Below, in pieces: positions 17,175 to 26,629 of a stretch of 35,909 bases of DNA; position 1 is the stretch's first letter, and each line of letters starts with the position of its first letter. A program made the translations under genes and the position numbers. The stretch lies in assembly GCA_019310975.1 (NCBI GenBank), contig JAFDDH010000066.1, positions 1 to 35,909 of the forward strand, given 5' to 3'. The notes beneath the pieces are model-generated. The model had not been told where the DNA came from, did no database searches, and was given only the letters and a program-made list of their open reading frames with translations. The DNA is from Deltaproteobacteria bacterium (GTDB lineage Bacteria; Myxococcota_A; UBA9160; UBA4427).

Positions 17175-18134
17175 TCAGCCGGGCAGTCCCTTGGTCTCGT
17201 CACGACCGAGCATGAGGTTGAGCGTCTGGATGGCGACGCCGGCCGCGCCCTTGCCGAGGTTGTCGAGGACGGCCATCAGCAGCACGTGACCGCTTGGGTG
17301 GGGCAATACGCGCAGCTCCATACGGTTGGTGTCGTTGCACGCCATCGGGTCGAAGCTGTGCTCGTTGGACTCCAGCGGGTCCGTGACGGGCAGAACGCGC
17401 ACGAAGGGCTCGCCGCGGTAGCGCTCGTCGAGCGCCTCCCAGATTCGTTTGCCGGTCACGCCGCGTTCGAGCACGTTGGCGTGCAGTGGGATCTCGACCC
17501 GCATCCCGCAGCGGAAGGGACCGACAGAGGGAACGAATTGCGGCTCGCGCACGATCCCACCGCTGTAAAACACGATCTCGGGGATGTGCTTGTGCGTCCT
17601 GTCGAGCGCGTAGGGGGCCTCGAAGGGCAGCGCGCTGAGGCCAGCTGCCGGATCTTCCCATCGTTCGACCAAGGGTCGGCCACCGCCGGTATAGCCCGAG
17701 AGCCCGTGGATCGTGACCGGGACCGTCGGCGCCAGGATGCCGGCGTCGATCAGCGGCCGCAGCAGCAGTAGAACGCCAGAGGGCCAGCAGCCGGGATTCG
17801 AAACCAGGCGGGCGCTCGCGATGGCGTCGCGCTGGGCCGGCTCGAGCTCGGGCAACCCGTACACCCAGCCGTCGGCGATCCGATGCGCGGTACTGGCGTC
17901 GAGGATGCGCGCGTCACACCCCTCGGCCCAGCCGACCGCCTCACGCGCGGCGTCATCGGGCAGGCAGAGCACCGACAGATCGCTGGCGCGGATCATCTCG
18001 CGTCGCGCGCCGGGGCTCCTGCGATCGGCCTCGGGGAGCGTGAGCAGTTCGAGGTCGTCGCGTCCCGCGAGCCAGTCGCGGATGCGCAGGCCAGTCGTGC
18101 CCACGTGGCCGTCTATGTACACCTTGGGGGCCAT
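17175..18134 (-). CDS. argC: N-acetyl-gamma-glutamyl-phosphate reductase (short ArgC/LysY-type form)
   Basis: 319-aa ORF with the catalytic cysteine motif VSNPGCWPS, the C-terminal motif AVLDNLGKGAAGVAIQTLNLMLG, and a Rossmann N-terminus VYIDGHVGTTG. Confidence 0.85.
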   Translation of the reverse strand: MAPKVYIDGHVGTTGLRIRDWLAGRDDLELLTLPEADRRSPGARREMIRASDLSVLCLPDDAAREAVGWAEGCDARILDASTAHRIADGWVYGLPELEPAQRDAIASARLVSNPGCWPSGVLLLLRPLIDAGILAPTVPVTIHGLSGYTGGGRPLVERWEDPAAGLSALPFEAPYALDRTHKHIPEIVFYSGGIVREPQFVPSVGPFRCGMRVEIPLHANVLERGVTGKRIWEALDERYRGEPFVRVLPVTDPLESNEHSFDPMACNDTNRMELRVLPHPSGHVLLMAVLDNLGKGAAGVAIQTLNLMLGRDETKGLPG

Positions 18135-18363
18135 GGGATGACTCTAGCAGCCCGTTGAAGAACCCCCGCCGTCGCCATGCACCGGCCTTTTGGCCCAGCT
18201 CTGCGTTGCGAAACCTTGCCGTAGAGCGACTACGCCTGCGGTTCCGCGCCTTGATGGCGGCGCGCCGTCGCTCGGGACCGCGCCCGCACCCCGCAGCCAG
18301 CGCAGGGATCGCATGAATTTGCTCCCGAGCGGCACGTTTCGGTGTGAAAGCTCCTAGCCTTGA

Positions 18364-18924
18364 GTGGATGAAAATCGGATCGCAGCCGGATTCCCAGACC
18401 GCAGGGCGCTCCGCGCCCACGGCCACACGCGCGGGTGGAGCGGGGGTGTGAAGACCCGCTTGGGCGTTCCCCTCGGTCTGCTGGGACAGCTTTGGCGCTT
18501 TCGTCCGTCCGAGGCCGAGGCGCCCAGTCATCGCCACGCCCTGCTCGAGCTCGAGCACGTCATTCAGGGCCGGGCGACGCTGGCTGTGGGCGGCCAGCAA
18601 TTCGGGGTCGAGCCCCGGAGTCTGCTCTGGATCCGGCCGGGCCTCGAGCACCAGCTCGTCGAGTACAGCGACGACTTCGAGATGTGGATCGCCTGCTTCC
18701 GGCCGCGGCTGGTCCGACGCAGTAGCGGTCGGCAGAGCGCGCGCGAGCTGCTTGGTCGACGGGGCGTCAAGCCGTCCCCGCGCACGTTGAGCGCGACGGA
18801 AGCCCGCCGGCTCTGCACCCTGCTGGCCGAAGTCAGCGCCTACGGGGAGCCCGCCACCTACAACGCGGGCCTGGGGCACCTGCTGGCGCATGCCTGGCTG
18901 CAGTATCGGCAGGCAGAGCGGTGA
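18364..18924 (+). CDS. Cupin / AraC-N-terminal-like ligand-binding domain protein. No HTH domain is present.
   Basis: 186-aa ORF. HRHALLELEHVIQGRATLAVGGQQFGVEPRSLLWIRPGLEHQL...FEMWIACFRP fits the AraC_binding/cupin_2 pattern. The N-terminus is uncertain and the true start may lie downstream of 18364. Confidence 0.45.
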   Translation: MDENRIAAGFPDRRALRAHGHTRGWSGGVKTRLGVPLGLLGQLWRFRPSEAEAPSHRHALLELEHVIQGRATLAVGGQQFGVEPRSLLWIRPGLEHQLVEYSDDFEMWIACFRPRLVRRSSGRQSARELLGRRGVKPSPRTLSATEARRLCTLLAEVSAYGEPATYNAGLGHLLAHAWLQYRQAER

Positions 18925-19134
18925 GGGAAGCCTGGTGCGTCCTGACGAGATTCTCGACACAAAGTCCGACACCCCGATGCGCATCGTGTCCACCTAGTGA
19001 ACGGTGCTAGAGGCAATGCGATCCGACCTCGGGCCGATCCAGCCCGAGAGAAGCCGCGCCTCTCCACCGAGCTTCTGCGACCGGTCCGTTGGGCAGGCGG
19101 GCCTCGCAGGCGAGCCAAGCCGCACCGAACGGGG

Positions 19135-19158
19135 CCCGAGGCGCATCATTGCCTCGGG
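19135..19158 (+). terminator. GC-rich hairpin CCCGAGGC-gcatcatt-GCCTCGGG between the cupin gene and the mlaC-like gene
   Basis: Perfect 8-bp stem with an 8-nt loop, seen directly. It has no U-tract, which is common in high-GC genomes, so it could equally be a regulatory RNA structure or an operator. Confidence 0.3.
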
Positions 19159-19223
19159 TCCTTCCTCGCCGCTCGCCGCGATCGGAGGGATTCACCCCCG
19201 GAATCCCCCAGGGTATCGAGTCG

Positions 19224-19898
19224 ATGGGTCCCACTGCTAGGATCCCGGCCGTGACCAAGAGGCTCGTCCACACGCAGCTCGGGATGCTGCTCGCCTGCGC
19301 GTGCCTGGCACCTGCGTCGATCGCCGAGCTGGCCCCAGCGGTCGATCCGGCCACAAAAGCCGGCGCGCCGGCTGTGATCGGGCGCTTCAACGAGATGCTG
19401 CTCGACCTGATGCAGCGGGCCGACGAGCTCGGCTATCGGGGTCGATTCGAGCTGGTCGACCGGTCGGTGGCGGAGACCTTCGACATCTCCTTCATGGCCG
19501 CCAAATCGATCGGGAGCTACTGGCGCAAGCTCGACGACGAGAAGAAGGCACACTGGGTGCGGACCTTCAGCGACTTCACGGTCTCGACCTACGCCGATCG
19601 ATTCGACGGCTATTCGGGCCAGAGCTTCGCGATCGTGGGGGAGAAGCCGGCCTCGCACGATACGCTGGTGATCTTGACCCGCCTGGTCCGCCCGGACAAG
19701 GACGACGTCGACCTCGACTATCGGATGCGCGAGGGTGACGAGGGCTGGAGGGTGGTCGACATCTACTCGGACGGGAAGGTGAGCGAGGTCGCCCTGCGCC
19801 GCTCGGAGTACGCCGCGGTGTTGAAGCAGGGAGGCATCGACAAGCTCATCGATGCCGTCTCGAAGAAGACCGCCAAGCGCGCCGCCAAGCACTCCTGA
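19224..19898 (+). CDS. mlaC: MlaC/Ttg2D-family periplasmic phospholipid-binding protein (HpnM-like)
   Basis: The signal peptide is VTKRLVHTQLGMLLACACLAPASIA. The start is either the ATG at 19224 or the GTG at 19251. The mature protein has the MlaC/Tgt2 pattern (FNEMLLDLMQRADELGY...FDISFMAAKSIGSYWRKL...FSDFTVSTYADRF) and a Lys-rich C-terminal tail. Confidence 0.7.
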   Translation: MGPTARIPAVTKRLVHTQLGMLLACACLAPASIAELAPAVDPATKAGAPAVIGRFNEMLLDLMQRADELGYRGRFELVDRSVAETFDISFMAAKSIGSYWRKLDDEKKAHWVRTFSDFTVSTYADRFDGYSGQSFAIVGEKPASHDTLVILTRLVRPDKDDVDLDYRMREGDEGWRVVDIYSDGKVSEVALRRSEYAAVLKQGGIDKLIDAVSKKTAKRAAKHS

Positions 19899-20013
19899 GC
19901 CGAGCCCTGGCTGCCAGGGCTCCCGCTGGTCGCTGCTCAGGATAGCGGGCCAACCTGCCGATCGGTGAAGCGGAGCCCCGCGAACTCCGGGGCCCTTTCC
20001 CGAGCCGATCAGC

Positions 20014-22131
20014 ATGTTCAAGCAGCACGCGAAATGGATTTGGAGCAGCGGCCTCGGTCTCATCGCCGGTGTCCTATCACTCCACCCGCTCTCGCAGTCG
20101 GACGCCTACTGGCACCTGATGCTGGGTCGCGCGGTCTGGCGCACCGGTGCGCGAACCGTACCCGAGCCGGCCGCGCTTCCGGCTTTCGCCGATTCGGTGA
20201 ACGTGCCCGAGTGGCTCTTCGATCTTCTCGTCTACGCCGTCCACGAGCTGGCCGGACCGGCTGGGCTGAGCATCCTGATTGCGCTCTCGGCGGCGGCCAG
20301 CGTCCTCGCACTCTGCTGGATGCTGGAGACGCTGCTCCGCGAGGCCGATCCCGCCGCCGTGGCGTGGGTGTCGGCGTTGATCACCACGCTGCTGATGGCG
20401 CGCATGACGCTGCGCCCCCAGCTGGCCTTCCTGATTCTGCTGCCCGTCTTTGTCGCGGCTACTGAAAAGTACCTGGGAGCCGAGGGTCGACCGCGTGTCC
20501 GCCTTGCGGTTGGCCTGGTCGTGCTGCAGGTGTTGTGGGCCCAGCTGCATGGCAGCTTCGTGCTCGGCCCAGCCGTCTTCGGCTTGATGGCCTTGCCGCA
20601 CGCGGCCTCGGATTGGACGGGACCCCGGCGCAGGCTGCATCTGGCGGTGCTGGCTGGCCTGCTGCTGGGATTCGCGTCGAGCTCGGATGGAATCGGCGTC
20701 GTCCACTATGTGCTCGTTCACGCCTCGGGTGATGCGGCACGGCACGTGGGCGATATGCCGGCCACGCGGTGGGAGAATCTGTCGCCGATCTCGCCCTACG
20801 GCGTCGCCTATTGGCTGCTCTGCATCACCGCGCTGCTCGGAGCCGGAATCCGCCGCGGCGTTCGCGTGAAGTCCGCCGGCCTGGCACTGCTCGGCGTGGT
20901 ACTCACACTCAACAGTGTCCGTTTCATCGCAGTCGGTGCGCTCCTCCTGGGGCCGATCGCGCTGGATGGCGCACAGGCGCTCGCGGGCCGCATGCCGCAA
21001 TTCAGGCTTCGTGGCTTGCCATCGACACTCGTGGCGCTCGCACTGGTCGGGTGGTCGGGTCACGTGACGGACTTCCTGCGCGGTCCGGTCGGTGCCGTGG
21101 GTCTCTCACCGGGCGGGGATCCTGTCGCGGCGGCCCGCTATCTGAACGAGCTGCCGCCAGGCAGCGCCGTGCTCTCGACCTTCGATACGGGCGCGTCGAT
21201 TGGCTTCTGGCTCGAGGGCCGCGTGCGCACCTACGTGGACACCCGCACGCCGCTTCATTTTGACGACACCGAGTACGCGGTGGCGCGCGAAGTCTGGGGC
21301 AGGCCCGAATCGCTCGCCCTGGCGCTCGACCGCTACGCGGTCGACGCGATCCTGACCGAGCGGAGCTGGGCGACCTGCCGGAACGCACCCGAGGGCTGGG
21401 TGCCAGCGGTGATCGAGGCACGCCACACGACCTTCGTACGAGCCGGCGACGCCGATCCCTTCGTCACGCTCGCGGCGTGCGGATCGAAGTACCTCCGCGA
21501 CGACGCATGCGTAGACGACGGTCTGCGGCTGGACGGCGAGATCGAGCGTCTGGCCAGGTGGGGCGAGTCGCCCTTTCTCGATCAGCTGCGCGTGCAGCGA
21601 ATCCTTCGCTGTGGCGGCGACCTCGCACTGGCGGCCCGGTTGCTCCCCGACGAGCGATCGTCGCGGCATATGCGCCGGCAGCGCGCGCTGGCGGCCGCCC
21701 TGCTGGCCTCCCGCAGCGGCGATCCGGAGCGTGCCCTCGATCTGCTGGACTCGGCGGTGCGTGAGGGCGATCCCCGGGCAGCGCGCATCGCGGTCGGAAC
21801 GCTTGGCTCGGGCCAGGTCTCGCGGGAGCGCGTGCGGGACATGCTGGAGCGGGCCATACACGGGCTGGCCGACTCGGCGCCCCTCGATTTGCGGGCGGCG
21901 CTGGCCATGCTGTGCATCCAGCAGAGCGACGCCGAGTGCGTTCGCTTCCACGGAATGCGCGTCGCGGTGGCGGGCGACCCCGATACCGGGCGCGTTCTGC
22001 TGGCTTGGCTGCACGCCAACCACCCCGAGGCGGCCGTACGTGATGATGCCGGCCGTTGGCTCGGAAGCCTCGAACGCCGCGAAGCGGAGACCGTTGCCGA
22101 TCGCATGCGGTCCATGCCGGAAGCGAGCTAG
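20014..22131 (+). CDS. Large polytopic membrane protein of 705 aa. It is possibly a GT-C-fold glycosyltransferase-like N-terminus joined to a C-terminal helical-repeat (TPR/HEAT-like) periplasmic domain.
   Basis: The N-terminal approximately 330 aa contain at least 10 hydrophobic segments (LGLIAGVLSL, LSILIALSAAASVLALCWML, LAFLILLPVFVAA, and others). The N-terminal DAYWHLMLGRAVW...EWLFDLLVYAVHE resembles GT-C/DUF-type membrane glycosyltransferases. The C-terminal half is Ala/Leu/Arg-rich helical repeats. The family is not confidently assigned. Confidence 0.55.
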   Translation: MFKQHAKWIWSSGLGLIAGVLSLHPLSQSDAYWHLMLGRAVWRTGARTVPEPAALPAFADSVNVPEWLFDLLVYAVHELAGPAGLSILIALSAAASVLALCWMLETLLREADPAAVAWVSALITTLLMARMTLRPQLAFLILLPVFVAATEKYLGAEGRPRVRLAVGLVVLQVLWAQLHGSFVLGPAVFGLMALPHAASDWTGPRRRLHLAVLAGLLLGFASSSDGIGVVHYVLVHASGDAARHVGDMPATRWENLSPISPYGVAYWLLCITALLGAGIRRGVRVKSAGLALLGVVLTLNSVRFIAVGALLLGPIALDGAQALAGRMPQFRLRGLPSTLVALALVGWSGHVTDFLRGPVGAVGLSPGGDPVAAARYLNELPPGSAVLSTFDTGASIGFWLEGRVRTYVDTRTPLHFDDTEYAVAREVWGRPESLALALDRYAVDAILTERSWATCRNAPEGWVPAVIEARHTTFVRAGDADPFVTLAACGSKYLRDDACVDDGLRLDGEIERLARWGESPFLDQLRVQRILRCGGDLALAARLLPDERSSRHMRRQRALAAALLASRSGDPERALDLLDSAVREGDPRAARIAVGTLGSGQVSRERVRDMLERAIHGLADSAPLDLRAALAMLCIQQSDAECVRFHGMRVAVAGDPDTGRVLLAWLHANHPEAAVRDDAGRWLGSLERREAETVADRMRSMPEAS

Positions 22132-22194
22132 AGTCTCCCGCTCGAATCCCGTCCCGCGAGTCGCGGCGCGGCGCAGCCGAAGGAGACATCCAGA

Positions 22195-23280
22195 ATGAAG
22201 GCCATCGTCAGTCTCGCCCAGGACAAGATATCCGTAGAGGACGTCGATCTCGATCCGCCGAAGCCGGGCGAGCTCAAGATCAAGGTCGGTGCATGCGGGG
22301 TCTGCCACTCGGACCTGTCAGTCGTGAATGGCGTACTGCCGCTCCCCAAACCCATCGTGCTCGGGCACGAGGGCGCGGGTTCCGTCGAGGAGATCGGCGA
22401 GGGCGTGACGGGCTTCGAGGTCGGCGACCACGTCGTTCTGAGCTTTCAGCCGGCCTGTGGGAGCTGTCCGTCGTGCCACCGCAAGGAGCCGCAGTTCTGC
22501 AGCATCGGCGAACCCAACGGCATGATGCTGGACGGCACGCACCGAGTGAAGCTGGGCGACCAGCCGCTGGCCACGATGCAATTCCTCGGCTGCATGGCCG
22601 AGTACTGTGTGGTACCGGCCATCAGCGCGGTGAAGATCGACAAGGGCATCCCCTTCGACAAGGCGGCACTTGTCGGCTGCGGCGTCATGACCGGCGTGGG
22701 TGCGGCTCTGAATACCGCGAATGTGACCGCGGGCTCCCGTGTGGCCGTATTCGGCTGCGGCGGCATCGGCCTGTCGATCATCCAGGGCGCGCGGCTGGCC
22801 GGGGCAGGGCAGATCATCGGCGTCGACCTCGCGGACAACAAGCTCGAAATGGCCAAGAGCTTTGGTGCTACCCACGTCATCAATGGCAGCGACGGCATGG
22901 GGGCGATCAAGGTCAAGGAGTTGACGGGCGGCGAGGGTGCGGACTTCACCTTCGAGGCCGTGGGTGTGCCCTCCCTGATGCTGGAGGCCAACGCGGCGGC
23001 GCGGCGCGGTGGGACGGTGACCATCGTCGGCGTGGGAAGGCTCACGGAAACCGTGCCCTTCAATGCGCTGATGATCTCGATGGAGGGCAAGACCGTGAAG
23101 GGCTGCTTCTACGGCGATGCCAACGTGCACCACGACATGCCGATGCTGCTCGATCTCTACCTCAGCGGAAAGCTCAATCTCGACGATATGGTGACCACCA
23201 CCTACAGCATCGACGAGGGGCCGCAGGCCTTCGAAGATATGCAGAAGGGTCTCAATGCGCGCGGCGTCATCGTCTTCTGA
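22195..23280 (+). CDS. adh: Zinc-dependent alcohol dehydrogenase (medium-chain dehydrogenase/reductase family)
   Basis: RBS AAGGAGA. The catalytic Zn motif is GACGVCHSD, the structural Zn Cys cluster is CGSCPSCHRKEPQFC, and the Rossmann motif is VFGCGGIGLS. Confidence 0.9.
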   Translation: MKAIVSLAQDKISVEDVDLDPPKPGELKIKVGACGVCHSDLSVVNGVLPLPKPIVLGHEGAGSVEEIGEGVTGFEVGDHVVLSFQPACGSCPSCHRKEPQFCSIGEPNGMMLDGTHRVKLGDQPLATMQFLGCMAEYCVVPAISAVKIDKGIPFDKAALVGCGVMTGVGAALNTANVTAGSRVAVFGCGGIGLSIIQGARLAGAGQIIGVDLADNKLEMAKSFGATHVINGSDGMGAIKVKELTGGEGADFTFEAVGVPSLMLEANAAARRGGTVTIVGVGRLTETVPFNALMISMEGKTVKGCFYGDANVHHDMPMLLDLYLSGKLNLDDMVTTTYSIDEGPQAFEDMQKGLNARGVIVF

Positions 23281-23367
23281 GACACTGGACGGCGCGCGTC
23301 GACATCCACTCATCACCATCCCCATTCCATCCCCCCGCTTCATTTCTCACCCCGAGACCGAGGTAGC

Positions 23368-24723
23368 TTGGGCCGAATCCAGCACCTGATGCGGAGCGTC
23401 GAGCGGCAGCCGGTCCGGTGGCTGGGGGGGATCTTCGCGGCTGCGCTGCTGCTGCGCGGTCTGGCGTTGTGGCTGACGCTGGATACGCCCGCTGCGGGTG
23501 ACGAGCCCGAGCTCTATATGCGTTCGGTGCGCCTGGCGTGGGGTGGCGGCTTCGCGGACGATGCCGGCCGGGCGCCGGGTCTGCTCGTCTTCTATGCCGC
23601 CGCCTTTCATCTGCTGGAGACCGCGCCCTTTGCTGCCAAGCTCGCGAACGGGCTGGTCTCCAGCCTGACGGTGCTGCCCATCTACGCGATCGGGCGGCGT
23701 TTCGGCGGCTCGCAGGTCGGCCTGCTGGCCGCCGCAGGCGTAGCCTTCTATCCGACCTTCGTCGCCTTCAGCCACTTCCTCTGGTCGGCGCCCCTGTATA
23801 TGCTGCTCGTGGCCTGGGGGGTGGCAATCCTGCTGCGCGCAGTGGACGAGCCCCGGCCAATCTGGCTCGCCGCGGCGGGCGTCGTGCTCGGGGCGAGCGC
23901 CCTCGTCAAGGAGGCGGGGCTGCTCTTTCCACTGGCTGCTGTGGCGTGGGTGGTCTGGCGCGAGCGGGACGACGTCGCGCGGGCCGCGCTGCGAACGGGC
24001 GTGCTGACGAGTGCGATCGTGTTGACACTCGCGCCCTGGGTGATTCACGTAAACGAGCCGGGACAGCCCTTCGTGCTCGTTACCCGTACGGGCTCCATGA
24101 ATCTCTTCATCGGCAACCACCCGCTCTCGCACGGTCACGGCATGCGGGAGTACCCGAACCTCGGCGCAACACGCCTCGACGTCGAGCGGGTGGCGCGCGA
24201 GCGCGCCTGGGCGGAGATCCGCGAGCGTATGCCGGGATGGCCCCTCGAGAAGCTCGCCACCGAGGTGCCACGCTTCTTCACGCCGACCTCGTTTGCGGTG
24301 CGCCGCCTGCTCGCGGCACCGGATGATCCCGGTGGCTGGGGGTACCGCTTCCGCTTCGCGTGGGGCGACCGCCGCGATGCCCGCGTCGCGGCGGTCGTGC
24401 CGGTGGTGGCGAGCTACGGCGTGGTCGCGCTCGCGGGCGTGGCGGGCCTCGTGCTGGCACAGCGGCGCGATCTCGCGACCCTCTTCGGGCTCTTCATCGC
24501 CAGCCAGATTGCGCCCTCGGTGGTGACATTCGCGATGTCGCGCTTCCGATTGGCCTCGATGCTCTTTCTGATACTGGGCGCCGCCGCTTTCGCCGCTTCC
24601 GGGCGGCGTGACATCGGCGAAGCTTCGCTCGCGCGTCGCGCGACGGCGGTCGGGACGGTGCTCCTCGTATTGCTCTTCATCTGCATGGACTACCGCGCAG
24701 TTCTCGAGTCGACAGGGCGATAG
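23368..24723 (+). CDS. GT-C-fold glycosyltransferase of family 39/83 (ArnT / PMT_2-like)
   Basis: 451-aa ORF with a TTG start and about 10 TM helices. The N-terminal loop DEPELYMRSVRLAWGGGF...FYAAAFHL matches the conserved first periplasmic loop (DE-x-x-Y / R-x-x-x-G) of ArnT- and PMT-like enzymes. Confidence 0.7.
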   Translation: MGRIQHLMRSVERQPVRWLGGIFAAALLLRGLALWLTLDTPAAGDEPELYMRSVRLAWGGGFADDAGRAPGLLVFYAAAFHLLETAPFAAKLANGLVSSLTVLPIYAIGRRFGGSQVGLLAAAGVAFYPTFVAFSHFLWSAPLYMLLVAWGVAILLRAVDEPRPIWLAAAGVVLGASALVKEAGLLFPLAAVAWVVWRERDDVARAALRTGVLTSAIVLTLAPWVIHVNEPGQPFVLVTRTGSMNLFIGNHPLSHGHGMREYPNLGATRLDVERVARERAWAEIRERMPGWPLEKLATEVPRFFTPTSFAVRRLLAAPDDPGGWGYRFRFAWGDRRDARVAAVVPVVASYGVVALAGVAGLVLAQRRDLATLFGLFIASQIAPSVVTFAMSRFRLASMLFLILGAAAFAASGRRDIGEASLARRATAVGTVLLVLLFICMDYRAVLESTGR

Positions 24724-24724
24724 A

Positions 24725-26629
24725 TTGGCTCGCCCGCTCGCACTCGTCCTGCTTGCCCTCGCCGCCCTCGCGTCAGCGGGCTGTTCAGAGTCGGATCGGC
24801 GACCCGCGCAGCCGTCCACCCGGGAGTCGATCTACGGCGTGCAGCTGCACGTCCACGGCTCGATGAGCGAGGGGCACGCCTCGATGCGTGGCCACAATGC
24901 GGCGGCGCGCGAACTCGGCGATGTGGTGGACGTGATCTGGTGGAGTGATCACGACTGGCGACTTGCCGGTCATACCTACGTGAAGGATTTCGGCTTCGAG
25001 CAGGGCCTATCCGAGGTCGAGCCCGCACCCGCACCGCTGCGTGCACCTCAATGGGACGGTCGCGAGCCCCTGCCGACGTGGCACGCAGCGGGAGACTTCG
25101 GCCCCGATGCGCCGCCCGAGAGCGTGGAGCTCGTCGAGAAGGTCTGGACGCTGCGCGAACAGACCCCCGGCGCACGCGCGCGCATCAGCGACCGCGAGGC
25201 GCGCGATGGCACGCAGAGTCTGCAGCTCAGCGTGCGGTCGGAGGCAGGGCGCAGTGAGCGCGTCGTGCTGGTCTTTGAGGCCAGCCGTCGCCGCCATATC
25301 GCGAGCCTTGCCTCGGAGGTCAAGCTGGGACTCTCGGTGCTTCCGGTGCACTTCAGCGGCGACGCGCGAATGGTGCTGAGCGCGCGGCTCTCCAACCAGC
25401 CGCCAGATCTACGCAGCCGCCTCGACTATGTGCTCACGCAAGCGACGCTCGGCGCGAAGAAGACCGAGGCCCGAATTGGACGCGTCGAAGGACAGCCGGG
25501 GAGGCGCGCCCTGCAGCTGGCCCGAATCGAGGTGCCCGCGGAGCCCGGTCTCTGGAATGACTGGGTGTTCGATCTGACCTCCGATGCGACGGACCGCGCG
25601 CTGGGCGGCGAGGACAACTCGGTGGTGGAGATCGTGCTCAGGGCGGAGGTCCGCGGTGCGGGTCGGCTCGACGTCTACGTCGACGATCTGCGGATTCAGC
25701 GTGACGTGACGGGTGAGAATCTCTTCCACCGCGAGCGGCAGCTGGCGGCGCAGATGGGCGAGGGTGGCATCGTGAACCACGTGGGGCAGGAGATCTCCTA
25801 CGCGGCGCACCTGAATGCCTTCGGGCCCGACGTACCGCTCGCGGATCCGATCGCCCATCCGCATGGTCTCACGCCCGATGAGGCCGTGGCCTTCGTCCAC
25901 GACCACGGTGGCATCGTCTCGCTGAACCACGTCTTCGGCGTCCAGGTGGATCGCCGCTCGCATCGCTTCCCGAATGCCCGCGAGGCGTTCGAGGCGGGGC
26001 TGGCCCGACTGATCGCAGACCGCGCCCACGGCGTCGATCTCCTCGAGGTCGGCTATCGCTCGCGGGGTCACGGGCTGGACGGCTTCGTCGAGCTATGGGA
26101 TCGCCTCGCTCTGGCCGGCATCCGCTTGACGGGCATCGGCACCAGCGACTCCCACGACGAGGACGTGGGCTGGGCGCGTGGGCCCAACAATTTCATCACG
26201 TGGATCTTCGCGCGCTCGGATCGCCAGGTGGATCTGATGCACGGGCTTCGTTCCGGTCGCGCCTTCTTTGGGGATCCGACGCGCTTCGATGGCGCACTCG
26301 ACATCGCCGGTCCCGCCGGTAGCCGCATGGGCGATCTCGTCTTCGTGCCGAAGGGCGAGCATCCGGTGCGCTTCGATGTCGTCGGGCTCCGCGCTGGCCA
26401 ACGCGTGCGCTGGATCCTCGACGGCCAGGTGCGGAGGGCGCCTCCGGTCGGGGGGAAGGATTTTTCGCACGAAGAGACGATCGATGTTCAGTCTGCGACC
26501 TTTGTGCGCTTCGAGGTGCTCGAGGGGGACGAAGTCATCGTACTCAGCAATCCGCTCTACCTGGCGCCGCAGGGATCACCCCGCCCACCGGAAGGATCGC
26601 GCACGACGCGGGTCGAGTCAGTCGATTGA
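24725..26629 (+). CDS. PHP-domain / CehA-McbA-family metallophosphoesterase lipoprotein
   Basis: The start is probably the TTG at 24725, two nt after the upstream stop. The signal peptide with lipobox is ARPLALVLLALAALASAGC. The PHP motifs are YGVQLHVHGSMSEGH and VVDVIWWSDHDW at the N-terminus, and VAFVHDHGGIVSLNHVFG and GIGTSDSHDE further on. Confidence 0.7.
   Translation: MARPLALVLLALAALASAGCSESDRRPAQPSTRESIYGVQLHVHGSMSEGHASMRGHNAAARELGDVVDVIWWSDHDWRLAGHTYVKDFGFEQGLSEVEPAPAPLRAPQWDGREPLPTWHAAGDFGPDAPPESVELVEKVWTLREQTPGARARISDREARDGTQSLQLSVRSEAGRSERVVLVFEASRRRHIASLASEVKLGLSVLPVHFSGDARMVLSARLSNQPPDLRSRLDYVLTQATLGAKKTEARIGRVEGQPGRRALQLARIEVPAEPGLWNDWVFDLTSDATDRALGGEDNSVVEIVLRAEVRGAGRLDVYVDDLRIQRDVTGENLFHRERQLAAQMGEGGIVNHVGQEISYAAHLNAFGPDVPLADPIAHPHGLTPDEAVAFVHDHGGIVSLNHVFGVQVDRRSHRFPNAREAFEAGLARLIADRAHGVDLLEVGYRSRGHGLDGFVELWDRLALAGIRLTGIGTSDSHDEDVGWARGPNNFITWIFARSDRQVDLMHGLRSGRAFFGDPTRFDGALDIAGPAGSRMGDLVFVPKGEHPVRFDVVGLRAGQRVRWILDGQVRRAPPVGGKDFSHEETIDVQSATFVRFEVLEGDEVIVLSNPLYLAPQGSPRPPEGSRTTRVESVD

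Noticed and set aside
17953-18993. 346-aa minus-strand ORF spanning the argC-cupin intergenic region
   Set aside because: Pro/Arg/Gly-rich with no protein-like features. It would run across a divergent promoter region and antisense to the cupin gene.
19224-19898. The MlaC-like gene as part of an mlaFEDCB transporter operon
   Set aside because: No MlaD (MCE), MlaE (permease) or MlaF (ATPase) genes are adjacent in this window. It is called only as a stand-alone MlaC/HpnM-like periplasmic protein.
21106-22308. 400-aa minus-strand ORF (and 21464..22189) antisense to the large membrane protein
   Set aside because: Arg/Gly/Pro-rich shadow ORFs.
22318-24819. Long minus-strand ORFs (341 aa and 490 aa) antisense to adh and the GT39 gene
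   Set aside because: His/Arg/Gly-rich nonsense. The plus strand encodes Zn-ADH motifs and a GT-C membrane protein.
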